Source: the human T2T-CHM13v2.0 reference genome, Homo sapiens. Taken from it: a DNA stretch of 64,000 nt. Of the stretch, positions 29,723 through 44,085 are shown in pieces. Within the stretch, counting starts at the first letter, position 1. Every line of letters begins with the position of its first letter. The stretch lies in assembly GCF_009914755.1 (NCBI RefSeq), contig NC_060931.1; one strand, 5' to 3'. Under the pieces are notes generated by a model. The model was not told where the DNA came from and did no database searches. It was given only the letters and a program-made list of their open reading frames with translations. The translations under genes were made by a program, and so were the position numbers.

Positions 29723-29947
29723 GAAGATACTTGTTTTTTAAAGGAGCAACTTCGTAAAGCAGAGGAACAGGTTCAGGCAACTCGGCAAGAAGTTGTCTTT
29801 CTGGCTAAAGAACTCAGTGATGCTGTCAACGTACGAGACAGAACGATGGCAGACCTGCATACTGCACGCTTGGAAAACGAGAAAGTGAAAAAGCAGTTAG
29901 CTGATGCAGTGGCAGAACTTAAACTAAATGCTATGAAAAAAGATCAG
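29723..29947 (+). CDS. TAX1BP1: TAX1BP1 coding exon (probable exon 9; ~aa 347-421)
   Basis: ctttcttcag|GAA GAT ACT...GAT CAG|gtaaaa; EDTCFLKEQLRKAEEQVQATRQE...NAMKKDQ; 225 nt. Confidence 0.97.
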
Positions 29948-30396
29948 GTAAAACAAGTTAATTTTGAATTTGCATTTTGATTTAAGAAACCACTATAATC
30001 TCACAAAGTAGTAAATTGTGTTAAGATAAGACAGGTCAGATTTCTGCCTTATTTTAAATTTAAAATTTTCATTCCTTTTGTTTAGTCATTGTGACTTCTT
30101 GGCTTACAGTTAATGTGTGCTGTAAGGAAAACTTCTGTAAGCAGAATTCTTAATGGTTGGTGAAAGCTGCCCTATTGATTAAATATATTGATGTCAGATA
30201 TGTATTGTTTTGTTTGGAATTTCTTACTAGCTGTATAAAACAGTATTATGGTTGTTTAAGGGAGTAATAATTGCTCTTCAGGAGGTGGATTATTTTTCTC
30301 TAGTTTTTTAAATGAACCTTAGTCCTAAGAATGTAAAACTGGACTTAACAAGAGACCCTATGTTGCTCTGTAGCCAAAATCCCAAAATAAAAAAGT

Positions 30397-30700
30397 GGCC
30401 GGGGACAGTTGCTCACACCTATAACCTCAGCACTTTGGGGGGCTGAGGTGGGAAGATCGCTTGATCCCAGGAATTCAAGACCAGCCCGGGCAACATAGTG
30501 AGACCTCATCTCTACAAAAATTTTCAAAAATTACCCAGGTGTGGTGGTGTGCAGCTGTAGTCCCAGCTAGTCCAAAGGCTGAGACAAGAGGATTGCTTGA
30601 GCCAGGAGGTCAAGGCTGCAGTGAGCCATAATTGGGCCACTGTGTTTCAGCCTGGGTGACAGAGCAAGACTCTGTCTCAAAAACAAAAAAAAGAAAAAAA
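30397..30700 (+). mobile_element. Alu (AluJ-like)
   Basis: Full dimer ending ~80 nt upstream of the exon at 30783. Confidence 0.93.
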
Positions 30701-30782
30701 GTAAGATTGAAGTTGGGGTTACTATTAACATTAGGAGGTATCAGATTTTTATTTTTTTCTTCAAATGTTTGTTTCTTTCTAG

Positions 30783-30929
30783 GACAAGACTGATACACTG
30801 GAACACGAACTAAGAAGAGAAGTTGAAGATCTGAAACTCCGTCTTCAGATGGCTGCAGACCATTATAAAGAAAAATTTAAGGAATGCCAAAGGCTCCAAA
30901 AACAAATAAACAAACTTTCAGATCAATCA
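30783..30929 (+). CDS. TAX1BP1: TAX1BP1 coding exon (probable exon 10; ~aa 422-470)
   Basis: ttctttctag|GAC AAG ACT...CAA TCA|gtaagt; DKTDTLEHELRREVEDLKLRLQMAADHYKEKFKECQRLQKQINKLSDQS; 147 nt. Confidence 0.97.
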
Positions 30930-32039
30930 GTAAGTATCATTAAATTTACACATAGTAAAATGTGTTGTTAGTATTTTTGTTCGAAAATCAAATTTGTAAT
31001 ATTCCAAATATCAACCTTTTAAATATTATTTATCTCTGCTTGATTTCAAGTCATTGGCCAAATATTGTAATAACTCTTCTTTAAAAAAGTCTGGAATTTT
31101 AATTTACTGGACAGCCAACAAAGGAAGCAAGGGCAGTAGCAAGGAAAAAACAGAAAAAAGTCTTCTTTTCTAGATAATTTCCCTCTTAAGTTCTTGATAA
31201 ATATCTGTCACTCAAAACTCAATACTTATTATTGACTCTTGTGACCATGACATCTATCCTCATTGGAGTTCACCATTAATCATCCCTAGGTCTTAGATGG
31301 TGTCTCAGTTGTAATTGGCAAGTTCTTCATACTCATATTATGAAGATTCCTATTCCTATTAGATTAGGAACAGTTAAAGAGTGTTAGCTAATTCTTTTTT
31401 ATTCCATTTGAGAATAGGTAGGTAGATTTGTAATATACCAAAGAAGATGTTTTTGTTTTGAGGTATGTATGTTTCAATGTGGGTCCTTAAACTGTGCTTA
31501 AATACAAGGCTTACTATCTGAGGAACTCCTGGAAATGTAGAAGAAACATATTTAAAACCTGAAATTGAAAGTGGTACTATAGCTCTCTTTTACTATGTGA
31601 TGCATATGATACTTTCCTGGTCCTACTTTTTTAAATCAGAGGAGACAAGCAAGGAATGCATGTAGTAAAGTAGGAAGGCTTTTGTGAAAAAATATGATAC
31701 TTTAAGTATGACTCACTCACATGTATGAATTTGGCCTGGGGCCTTTTGAGTACGTTATAACTTTGTAGTAGATTTCTGTGAATGACTTATTTTGGTGGTC
31801 TTTTGATGAGTTTATAAGAAAAAGCAAAATATAGTATATTTCTTTTGCAACATTTAGGTCAGTTAGCAAAATGATGTGTATAACTTTAGTCTTTGTTGGC
31901 TTTTAAAACAAGAGCAGCTTTGTGGACTTCTTAGGATTTCCTAAAGTAATATGTAAAAATATTATTTACTTAGTTACTGCAAGGAGGAAATATAACTAAT
32001 TCATTGACTCATTTAACAACTTATTAACATTTTGAATAG

Positions 32040-32163
32040 GCTAATAATAATAATGTCTTCACAAAGAAAACGGGGAATCAGCAGAAAGTGAATGATGCTT
32101 CAGTAAACACAGACCCAGCCACTTCTGCCTCTACTGTAGATGTAAAGCCATCACCTTCTGCAG
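32040..32163 (+). CDS. TAX1BP1: TAX1BP1 coding exon (probable exon 11; ~aa 471-512)
   Basis: tgaatag|GCT AAT AAT...GCA G|gtaaaa; ANNNNVFTKKTGNQQKVNDASVNTDPATSASTVDVKPSPSA; 124 nt. Confidence 0.95.
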
Positions 32164-33042
32164 GTAAAAATCTTTTAGACTTTTTGTGTAGGGTGTCCTA
32201 CATTGAAAAGTACTTATACTGCCTTCTTCCATGTGTTAGAATTTCAGGATGTTCATAAAAATTTTCATGTGATAAGTGAAGGAATTGAGGCAACAAGAAA
32301 ATAAGGGTATAAATGTAAAATAGAGTCATGCAAGTGGTGAATATACACAACATGAACATATAAAATGTGAATGTAAACTAGTAGTTATCTTCTTGAGACT
32401 ATTCACACATGTTAAAAATGAGCTGGTGCTTGTGAGTACTCATTTGGGCTACATAGGACAAAAGCCACGAATTGAATTTTTACTTTATGTTCCATTAAAT
32501 CTATGGAATTTTGAAGCATTTTATTTGTGGATTTTAATTTTTAAATTCTGCAGGGGAAAAAATCCCCTATTATTCTCATATTTTTCTATTTATTCATTTA
32601 TTTTTGGCTGCTTTGGATCAATGGGGGTACTTCTTCCCTTGTCAATGTACCTGTTGGCTGATGAGTTAAGTTTTTATTAGTTTATTAACTTATAGAACAG
32701 AATAGAGAGACATAGTGAGAACATTAATAACATGAAAACTTGGATTAACTAGGTTTTCATCTGTCCTGATTTTTTCACTTTTATGTAAATTTGACAGTAA
32801 TGACGTTAAATACTAGAGAAAGTATATTTTCTTGTTTAGTGTGTGTAGTAATTGATCTTTTAAGTCTTTTTAAATGTAAACATCTTAGACTATTAAATAT
32901 TAGGTTTATCCCCTGTAGGACAGAATTGAGCCTTCTGTTTCCATGTATCCTCTGTAGTACCTAAAATGGTGTTATAGGGTATTTACTTAATAAAGACTTA
33001 GTGGTAATGAAGGGCTAGAAGAATGATTTAAAATGTGTTCTT

Positions 33043-33160
33043 GGTGGGGTATGGTGGCATGCGCTTGTACTCCTAGCTACTCTGGAAGCTGTGGCAAGAG
33101 GATCACTTGAGCCCAAGAGTTTGAGGCTAGCCTGGGCAACATAGTGAGACCCTGGCTTTC
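33043..33160 (+). mobile_element. Alu monomer (FLAM-like)
   Basis: ggtggcatgcgcttgtactcctagctac...caacatagtgagaccct. Confidence 0.8.
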
Positions 33161-33263
33161 AGAGAGGGGAAAGAGAATTCTCAGAGTATGGTTTTCCTAC
33201 TTACCCTGTCTATTCAGTTATATAAGGAGAACAATTTTTGTGCTGTTATGGAACTCTTTTTAG

Positions 33264-33567
<304 letters not shown>

Positions 33568-33832
33568 GCTTTTTAGCAAATTTTTAAAAAATCAAAGAAT
33601 AATCCTTTATTATTGAATGCGAACTTGGTTCTGGCCAAACACACATTTAACAATTCTCAACTAGAGTTTATATATCCTTCTTTGTATATCTAGGATATGA
33701 ATAGATATTTCTGTCCTTCAGCATTCCATTTACTATATTTTACAGTATACTGACCTTTAAGTTATTCTGAACAGGAAGATAATATAAGGGGCAAAATACT
33801 TTTTAACAGTCTTATATTCTGCCTTTCTACAG

Positions 33833-33936
33833 CAGAGGCAGATTTTGACATAGTAACAAAGGGGCAAGTCTGTGAAATGACCAAAGAAATTGCTGACAAA
33901 ACAGAAAAGTATAATAAATGTAAACAACTCTTGCAG
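33833..33936 (+). CDS. TAX1BP1: TAX1BP1 coding exon (probable exon 12; ~aa 512-546), tandem CAGCAG acceptor
   Basis: ctttctacag|CA GAG GCA GAT...TTG CAG|gtaagt; (A)EADFDIVTKGQVCEMTKEIADKTEKYNKCKQLLQ; 104 nt. Confidence 0.95.
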
Positions 33937-34296
33937 GTAAGTTAACTACCTTGTAAGTGAAAGAGATTTATAAAATGTTAATGACTTAGCTTACCTTTAT
34001 TGTTTCAATTGATTGGTATCTTTGAGTTTCTTTTCCATCTCCATATAGTGTTACTTAGTTTCACTTTGGCTTTTGGGATGATGAGGTGGGCGTTTTGTGT
34101 ACCTGTTCACATAGGCGTGTGTGTAGCATCATGAGACCTAAAGTTACTATTTTCTTTTCACCTAATAAAATGTTCTTGTTTGGGTAATGGGCAAATAGTT
34201 AATTGAGGTTAGAAATTATCTGTCATCGTATAAAGATGCATGAAAAATATTTGAACTTCATAAAAGGGAAGTGCTGTTTTTAAATTTACTATTATC

Positions 34297-34597
34297 GGCC
34301 AGGTGCGGTGGCTCACGCCTGTAATCCCAGCACCTTGGGAGGTCGACGTGGGTGGATCGCTTGAGGCCAGGAGTTCGAGACCAGTCTGGCCAACATGGTG
34401 AAACCCTGTCTGTACTAAAAATACAAAAATTAGCCAGGCTGTGGTGGAGCATGCCTGTAGTCCCAGCTACAGTCTCCTGAGGCAGGAGAATCACTTGAAC
34501 CCGGGAGGCGGAGGTTGCAGTGAGCCGAGTTTGCACACTGTACTCCAGCCTAGGCAACAGAGCGAGTCTCTAAAAAAAAATAATAAATAAAATAAAT
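34297..34597 (+). mobile_element. Alu (AluS-like)
   Basis: Sense dimer with (AAAT)n tail; TSD ttactattat. Confidence 0.95.
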
Positions 34598-34699
34598 TAC
34601 TATTATAATAGCAAAGATTTTTACATCTTAAAGTGACTAGACTTGCATAGTGGAAAAGGGAATGTTAACCAAATGAATTGTCTCTTACGGTGTTTATTT

Positions 34700-35012
<313 letters not shown>

Positions 35013-35569
35013 TATTTTGATTATTTTAAACAGCTTCATTCAGACTTTTCTGGTTTGCAGCCTTCTTGGTGTAGTATTCAGTACTGGAATATTTAAAGGA
35101 AAAGGGAAAATGCTTCTCATTTATATCAATTTGGCATAGAGAGGAAAAAGTGTTGTTTGTGCAAGTGATTTTTGTTTGTTTTTTTAAATGTGCTTTGTGT
35201 GTTTTTGTGTGCATTGGGGAGGGGAGGGGCATTTTTTAGAGCTATAGAATAAAATTTACACATTAGCTTCATGTTACTGTAATTTAATTTACAGTAATTA
35301 TTTAAAATATTTTGTTGCTTATAAATAGCAAAATCTTTTAACCAAAGTTAAAATGAATTTTTTTTTTTGCTTGAGAGAATCCTGTGGAAGGGTTGATTAG
35401 AACAGTTTTACTCTTGAATTCAGGGTAGTTTTTTGTAAGAGTGAACTACATTTTTGTTAAAGATGAAACAATTCTGGATGAATATTTCAAGATTTTTCTA
35501 TAGAAATAGTATTGAAAGGAAGATAGAATAATGTTCAAGCAAAAACCTTCCTCAGGGTGCTTTTTTTTT

Positions 35570-36980
<1,411 letters not shown>

Positions 36981-37680
36981 AGTATATTTTTAAGCGTTCA
37001 CATTGAACAAAATGTTCCAAATGGAATTGGCCTAATTACCTTTTTGTCATGATTTGTAAGTCCTCCTTTAAGATAATCTGGGTTGTAGAGAAGAGCAATG
37101 TATAAGAAGTCAACCTAAAAATTATCTTGGTCAGCAAATCCTAGAGTTTATCACTGCATGGAAACAACAGCATTATAAATATGACTTTATTTCCTCCCTT
37201 TGCAAAAGTAATATATACTTATTGTGAAATGTTGTAGTGTTCCAGAAATGAAGAGTAGAGATGGCAAAAATTACCTCTATCATTCTGATCCCCTGAGATA
37301 AGAACTATTAATATTTTGGTTTATATTTTTGTATACAACACAAACATATAGATATTGTATTATAACTGTGTAAAACAACTTATAAACAAAAATGGATTAT
37401 ATATTCTATTTTAGCAACTTGCTATTTTCAATTAATGTATCTTAACATTTTTTCTTGTCAATTTGTACATCTGCCTTATTTAAAAATATATATACTATTT
37501 CATTGTGTGGATAGAAAATGATTTATCCAATTGTCTATTAATAGACATTTGATTATTCCAATTTTTATGCTGTTACAACAGTGTTATAATAAATGTTCAG
37601 CCCATATCTAAGTACATTAGTATAGATTTTCACTCTACATGAATTTAAAATCTTTTGGTAATTATACTAATTTCATTTAG

Positions 37681-37806
37681 GATGAGAAAGCAAAATGCAA
37701 TAAATATGCTGATGAACTTGCAAAAATGGAGCTGAAATGGAAAGAACAAGTGAAAATTGCTGAAAATGTAAAACTTGAACTAGCTGAAGTACAGGACAAT
37801 TATAAA
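37681..37806 (+). CDS. TAX1BP1: TAX1BP1 coding exon (probable exon 13; ~aa 547-588)
   Basis: ttcatttag|GAT GAG AAA...TAT AAA|gtaagt; DEKAKCNKYADELAKMELKWKEQVKIAENVKLELAEVQDNYK; 126 nt. Confidence 0.97.
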
Positions 37807-38146
37807 GTAAGTTTGGTACTCCTTGTATGTAAACTTAAGGCATAAACTTCTGAAAATTAGTTATGTATAATTTTATTCAATCTAATGTACATTTTAAATA
37901 TGGATAATTGATAGTTTTTTCTACAAATAAAAATGTACTATATATTTAGTTACATAAATACTGTTCATTAACTTTGAATTGAGAAAATGGATACCATTTG
38001 CATTGCTATTGTGGCTTTAATTCTGTGGGTTCAGATGGCTATTAAAATTACATCTTTTAATTGTGTTTATTTTTAAAGTTGAAAAGTGATCATTATCCTC
38101 CTGTTCATTTTGAAACAAACATGAATGCATATGTAAAATTATTTTA

Positions 38147-38310
<164 letters not shown>

Positions 38311-38538
38311 TATTTTAGGGCCTTGACTTTTTTTGGAGTACAATAATATGTCATCAGTAATTTTAAAAATTTGGCTGGAGTTTTAACATTTATCACTAAA
38401 GTATGTGACTGTGATCCTAAATGAAATACTGTAAAAGCAAGTGATGTAATCTTAACTGATGAAAATTATTTTTGCCAATATAATCTTAGGCAACAGACAA
38501 GCCCAAATGATAAATGATACTGTAAGAATGTTAGAGAA

Positions 38539-38929
<391 letters not shown>

Positions 38930-40824
38930 TTAAGAAATGTATGTAGATATAATTTACATTTTTTTTTTTTTTACTGAAGACCAGGAATTCTAAATGGTTT
39001 AAATATCATAGCTAATTGTATCTATGATCTAATTTTAAAGTTAGAATTACTTTAGTTTTCCCTTTTAGGGGCTGGAGATGTAGCACATTACAGGCTAAGT
39101 TACATTAGCTTATTATTTCTGTGATCCTTGTGGATATTCTTTTCAATAACTGGAACCTTCCTTAATTATTTATTAAGTGTGAATCATGAATTCATATGAA
39201 AAGAATTTTTTGCATATTGACTAGGAAAATGGTTTAGTAAATGTCTATTGAAGCCTATTTTACATAAAGTGCTATGTTAGATATTATGTGGGCGATCACA
39301 TAAGGCACAGTGCTATGCTTAAGGAGTTTATAATCTGGTAGAGTGCTAGAAGTGTAATGGTAGTGTGCACAAAATTTTCACACCACCCTAGGTAATCATC
39401 TATAAGCCATGGGAAGCTAAACAGGTAATTTTATTTCATTAATGTTAAAAGTAAGCATTGAGATCAAACAACATATCTAAAATTACGTAGTTGGTAAATG
39501 TGTTTGGCTTTTTATTTAGTTTCTTTTGCCCTATTTTGTACTGTTTTGACACAGACTAACACTGACCAGACAAGGCAAAATGTGATAAAGCTCCACATGA
39601 ATGATAAGTTTAATTGCCTTAGGGTTGTGTCCAATCAAATATTTAGGGGGAAGACATTATGGAGTAACTAGACCTTTGAAAGAACAAACTGGAGGGGAGG
39701 AGAAGCAGAGCTAGGGAAAGGAAGCAGCAGCATTCTAAGTAGATGGAAGAGCATTAAGACACGTTTGGAGTTCAGAAGTGGAGCGCGTAGTCTGCGAACT
39801 GTGAGCAGTCTTGATCATTAGGACTTGAGTATCTATAATGGAGTAGCTTAGGCTTGAATGATAGCTTGAAGCCAGGTTTTAGAAGGCCTAAAATGGAATT
39901 TCGGTGCTAGTTCTGTTAAGAATGTTCTAGGAGAAAAGAGACCCAATCACAGCGAGTCTTTTTGAAAATAATTTGGCAGCATTGAAGAGGATTTAGAGGT
40001 GGGAAGGGTTTGAAGGTGAGGAAATCAGGTAGGAATATTCTTAGAATGAATTGATAAAGACCACCTCCTTTTGGGTACCTTCCCTGATCACCTGCCATTG
40101 AATGGGTCATGTGTCTACAAGAGAAAGCTGTGAAAGACATCTTTAGGGAAGAACCATTGAAGAATGATTTTATTTGTATTTGTATCCATTAATGCTTAAA
40201 CTGTAATAGGTGACCAGTGGGTGATTGCTGAATGAATGAATGATTTAGAGACTGAAAGTGTTGGGGAGTGGAGAAAGAGGAAAAGGAAAAAGTATTCCAA
40301 TATAGTTTCTAAGCTTTAGTCACAGTGTAGTCTGAGATTGAATTCTGTTAACAGAAGTACGAAAGTAGGCTTGGGACATTAACCATCAATTTAAAAGGCA
40401 GATTTGGAACTTGGGAAAGAGAAAGTGGTACACGAGTTAATATTTGTGATTTATTCCCGGGGGCGTGATATTTGAAGGTTTGGAAGAAGGTGAGTTTTCA
40501 GAGAGAATATTGAGAGAAGAGGCCAAAGAAGAAACTTTGGAGAATACTCATATTTGGACTGGGAAGAAAAAAAACACAAAAAAAGGGCATGGGATGATGA
40601 AAATATTCATGCAATTTCACATAAACCAAAGGAATAGTTTTAAGAATAAGGCAAGTTGGTCAATAAATGACAAGTAATTCAGAGAAGTCAAAGAATTAGC
40701 TGAGGAAAATACGTGGATTTAGTAATAGGAATTATTTTCGTAAAACAGTATAAACCAGATCTCAAAGTTGCAAGGAGGGAGTAGGTAAATGAAAAAAAAT
40801 AAAGAAATTTCTTTCTTTATTCAG

Positions 40825-40896
40825 CTTCAATTGGCAGAGAAAGACAAAGAAATAAGTGGTCTGATTTCACATTTGGAAAACCTCTCCAGGGAGAAG
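40825..40896 (+). CDS. TAX1BP1: Alternative in-frame 72-nt cassette exon (LQLAEKDKEISGLISHLENLSREK)
   Basis: tttctttctttattcag acceptor, AAG|gtattg donor, 24 stop-free codons, phase 0/0 matching the host intron; coiled-coil-like peptide resembling the extra segment I recall in mouse Tax1bp1. Confidence 0.82.
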
Positions 40897-41149
40897 GTAT
40901 TGAGCAATGTAGTTAAACAAATGTGTATCACATGAAACTGAATAATAATAGAGCTTTATGAAGAGACACATTTTGAAGTTCATGTGACAGTACAATGTTC
41001 AAATTTAGGAAAACAGTGAAATTTCTAAAAATTACGTGAAATGTTTATCTGGTTTTCTTTTGTAATAGGAAACATTTTTGAAGTTGTTTAATGACTTACA
41101 GCAAAACCTCACATTCACATAGAGCAATACATTTGTAATGTAAAAGATA

Positions 41150-42000
41150 CTATAGTGCAGCATTTCTGAAAGTGTGGTCTGTGGTCCTTTTGGTGGTTCC
41201 CAATCCCCTTTCAGGGGCCTGCAAAGAAACAATTTTCATAATAATACTACAACATTATTTGATTTTCTCCCTGCTGTGACATTTGCACTGTGTGAAAGCA
41301 GTGTGGAAAACTGCTTGTGTATTATTATGAATTAAGGCAGTGGCACCAAACTGCATTAGTAGTTATTGTATTCATCACCACCATGTGCTCACAGTAGAGA
41401 AAAAAAAAGCCAGTTGCACTGAAGATGTTAAAACAATAAAATGTGTTAATTTTATTGACGCTTGATCCTTGGGTACATGTCTTTTTAGTATTCTGTGTGA
41501 TTAAACGGAAAGTACCCCTAAAGTTCTTTTGTTGCCTAATGAAGTATGATGGTTAATAAAGGTAAAGTGCTTGTTTGTTTGAGTTGTGAGTTGAACTAGT
41601 CTCTTTTTTCATGGAAACCATTTTTACTTTAAAGAACCATTTCTATATTCAGACTTGGGTATTTGACAGATATTTTCTCAAAGTGAAATGAAATGAGCCT
41701 GTTATATCAGGGAAAAACAATTGATAATTTTTTTTGCCATTGATAATATTTGAGCTTTTAAGCAAAAACTGGAATTTTGAAAAACTTGTTATCTTCCAGT
41801 GTAAGCTTGCTGCTTTCAAATGTTTACAAACTTTTCTAATGAGATGGTTGTAATATTTAGACTGTATTTTTTAATTGTATAGCAAAATTTGTCAGCATTT
41901 AGAAGATCCACATAACTCAGTGAACCAGTAGTTTTCCAAATGACCAGCGATGTTACAAAATCATGTATCATAAAAGAGCCATTCTAAGTGCAAGTTAGAT
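41150..42000. mobile_element. Charlie1-like hAT DNA transposon fragment
   Basis: cagcatttctgaaagtgtggtc...aaggcagtggcaccaaactg...cagacttgggtatttgacagatattttctc...cataactcagtgaaccagta. Confidence 0.7.
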
Positions 42001-42137
42001 TTCAAGGTTGTATGAGGTTACTGTGATAGTTGTGAAATTCTGATTTTTCAACTCATCACTTTTTCCACATTTGTCCTTTGGCATTCTACTATAAGGACGA
42101 ACCTTCCTTTGTCCTTGTTTATGTATGTCTGTGTGGT

Positions 42138-42300
42138 ATTGTTCCAGCAACGATTTTCTGATGCCAAAACTGGTATTCTACAATTCAGTTCAATTCTGAT
42201 ACTAACTACCATGAGTTAGCATAGACCCCTCAGGTTAAGGCTCAGTCCCACAGGACTGCTCCCACTTTAGATGCCAGTTACAAGTGAGGTCCTCAGGCTA
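42138..42300. mobile_element. MER21-like LTR fragment
   Basis: ctacaattcagttcaattctgatactaactacc...ggctcagtcccacaggactgctcccactttagatgccag. Confidence 0.65.
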
Positions 42301-42309
42301 CTGATAGCA

Positions 42310-42508
42310 GTCATTTTCTCACACTTATTCACACGTAATTCACACATAAGTACTTAATAGCAAAAACTATTATGTACCATTAATAACAGTGAAAAAATAA
42401 TGTGGCAGATGGGGAATTGTCTACTTGTGGCATCATGTCAGTGCTCAAAAAGTTTCAGTTTGGAACATTTCAGATTTTGGATTTTTTATCAGGGAATGCT
42501 CAACCTGT
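42310..42508. mobile_element. Tigger4-like fragment
   Basis: tgtggcatcatgtcagtgctcaaaaagtttcag...gatttt...atgctcaacctg terminus. Confidence 0.7.
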
Positions 42509-43184
42509 GTATGCTTTTTCTCAGCACTACTATATTCTGAAAACCATTCCATATATGAAGCTCATAGAAATCCTCCATCTTTTTTTAAACAGCTGTGTAG
42601 TACTTCATTATACATACCATAATTTATTCAACCAACTTCCTGTATTTGGCCATTTAGGTAGTTGCTAATATTTTACAAATAATACTGCAATGAATGATTC
42701 TATGCACATGTAGTTTTCTGGTGTTGGGGTGGTACCTTCAAGGTAAATTCCTAGAAGCGTGATTGCTGGTTTGAAGGGTAAATGCATGTGTAGTTTTGTT
42801 AGAGATTGCCAGATGCCCTTTCATAGAATTTGTATTATTTTTCGTTTCCACCAGCAATGTATGAGAAGTGGACCTGTTTCCCATATAAATTGTAATCAGG
42901 CTTTCTAATTTTTGCATATGGGAGAGATTAGGAATAGTACCTTAGTGTAGTTTTAATTTGCATCTCTATTATGAGCAAGGTTAAACATCTTATCTTTTTT
43001 GTGAGTTCTTTGGCTCATTATTCTCTGATTTTTGGTTTGTTTTACTTATCTTGTTATATATATATTTTTCCCCTATTAGAGATATTACCCCTTTATTTGT
43101 GATACATATGTGGTAAGGATTTTCTCTCAGTTTATTTGACTTTTGACTATGCTTACTTTTACCATGTAAATGTTCTTTATTTTT

Positions 43185-43692
<508 letters not shown>

Positions 43693-43795
43693 ATGTGTTG
43701 CATTTGAATTTTTAGTTTTCCACAGAAAGCATTCCCTACACCCAGGTTATAGAGGAGTTCACTTGTGTTTTGTTCTAATACTGATAGAGTTTCAG

Positions 43796-44085
43796 TTTTT
43801 TTTTTTTTTTGAGGTGGTGTCTTGCTCTGTTGCCCAGGCAACAGTGCAGTGGCACTAGCTCGACTCACTACAACCTTTGCCTCTCAGGTTCAAGCAATTC
43901 TCCTGCTTCAGCCTCCTGAGTAGCTGGGATTACAGGCTCCCGCCACCAAGCCTGGCTAATTTGTATATTTTTAGTAGAGACAGGGTTTTGCCATGTTGGC
44001 TAGGCTGGTCTCAAACTCCTGACCTCAGGTGATCCACCCGCCTCAGCCTTCCAAAGTGCTGGGATTACAGGTGTGAGCCACCATC
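43796..44085 (-). mobile_element. Alu (AluS-like), slightly 5'-truncated
   Basis: Antisense dimer; TSD tcagtttttttttt. Confidence 0.93.
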
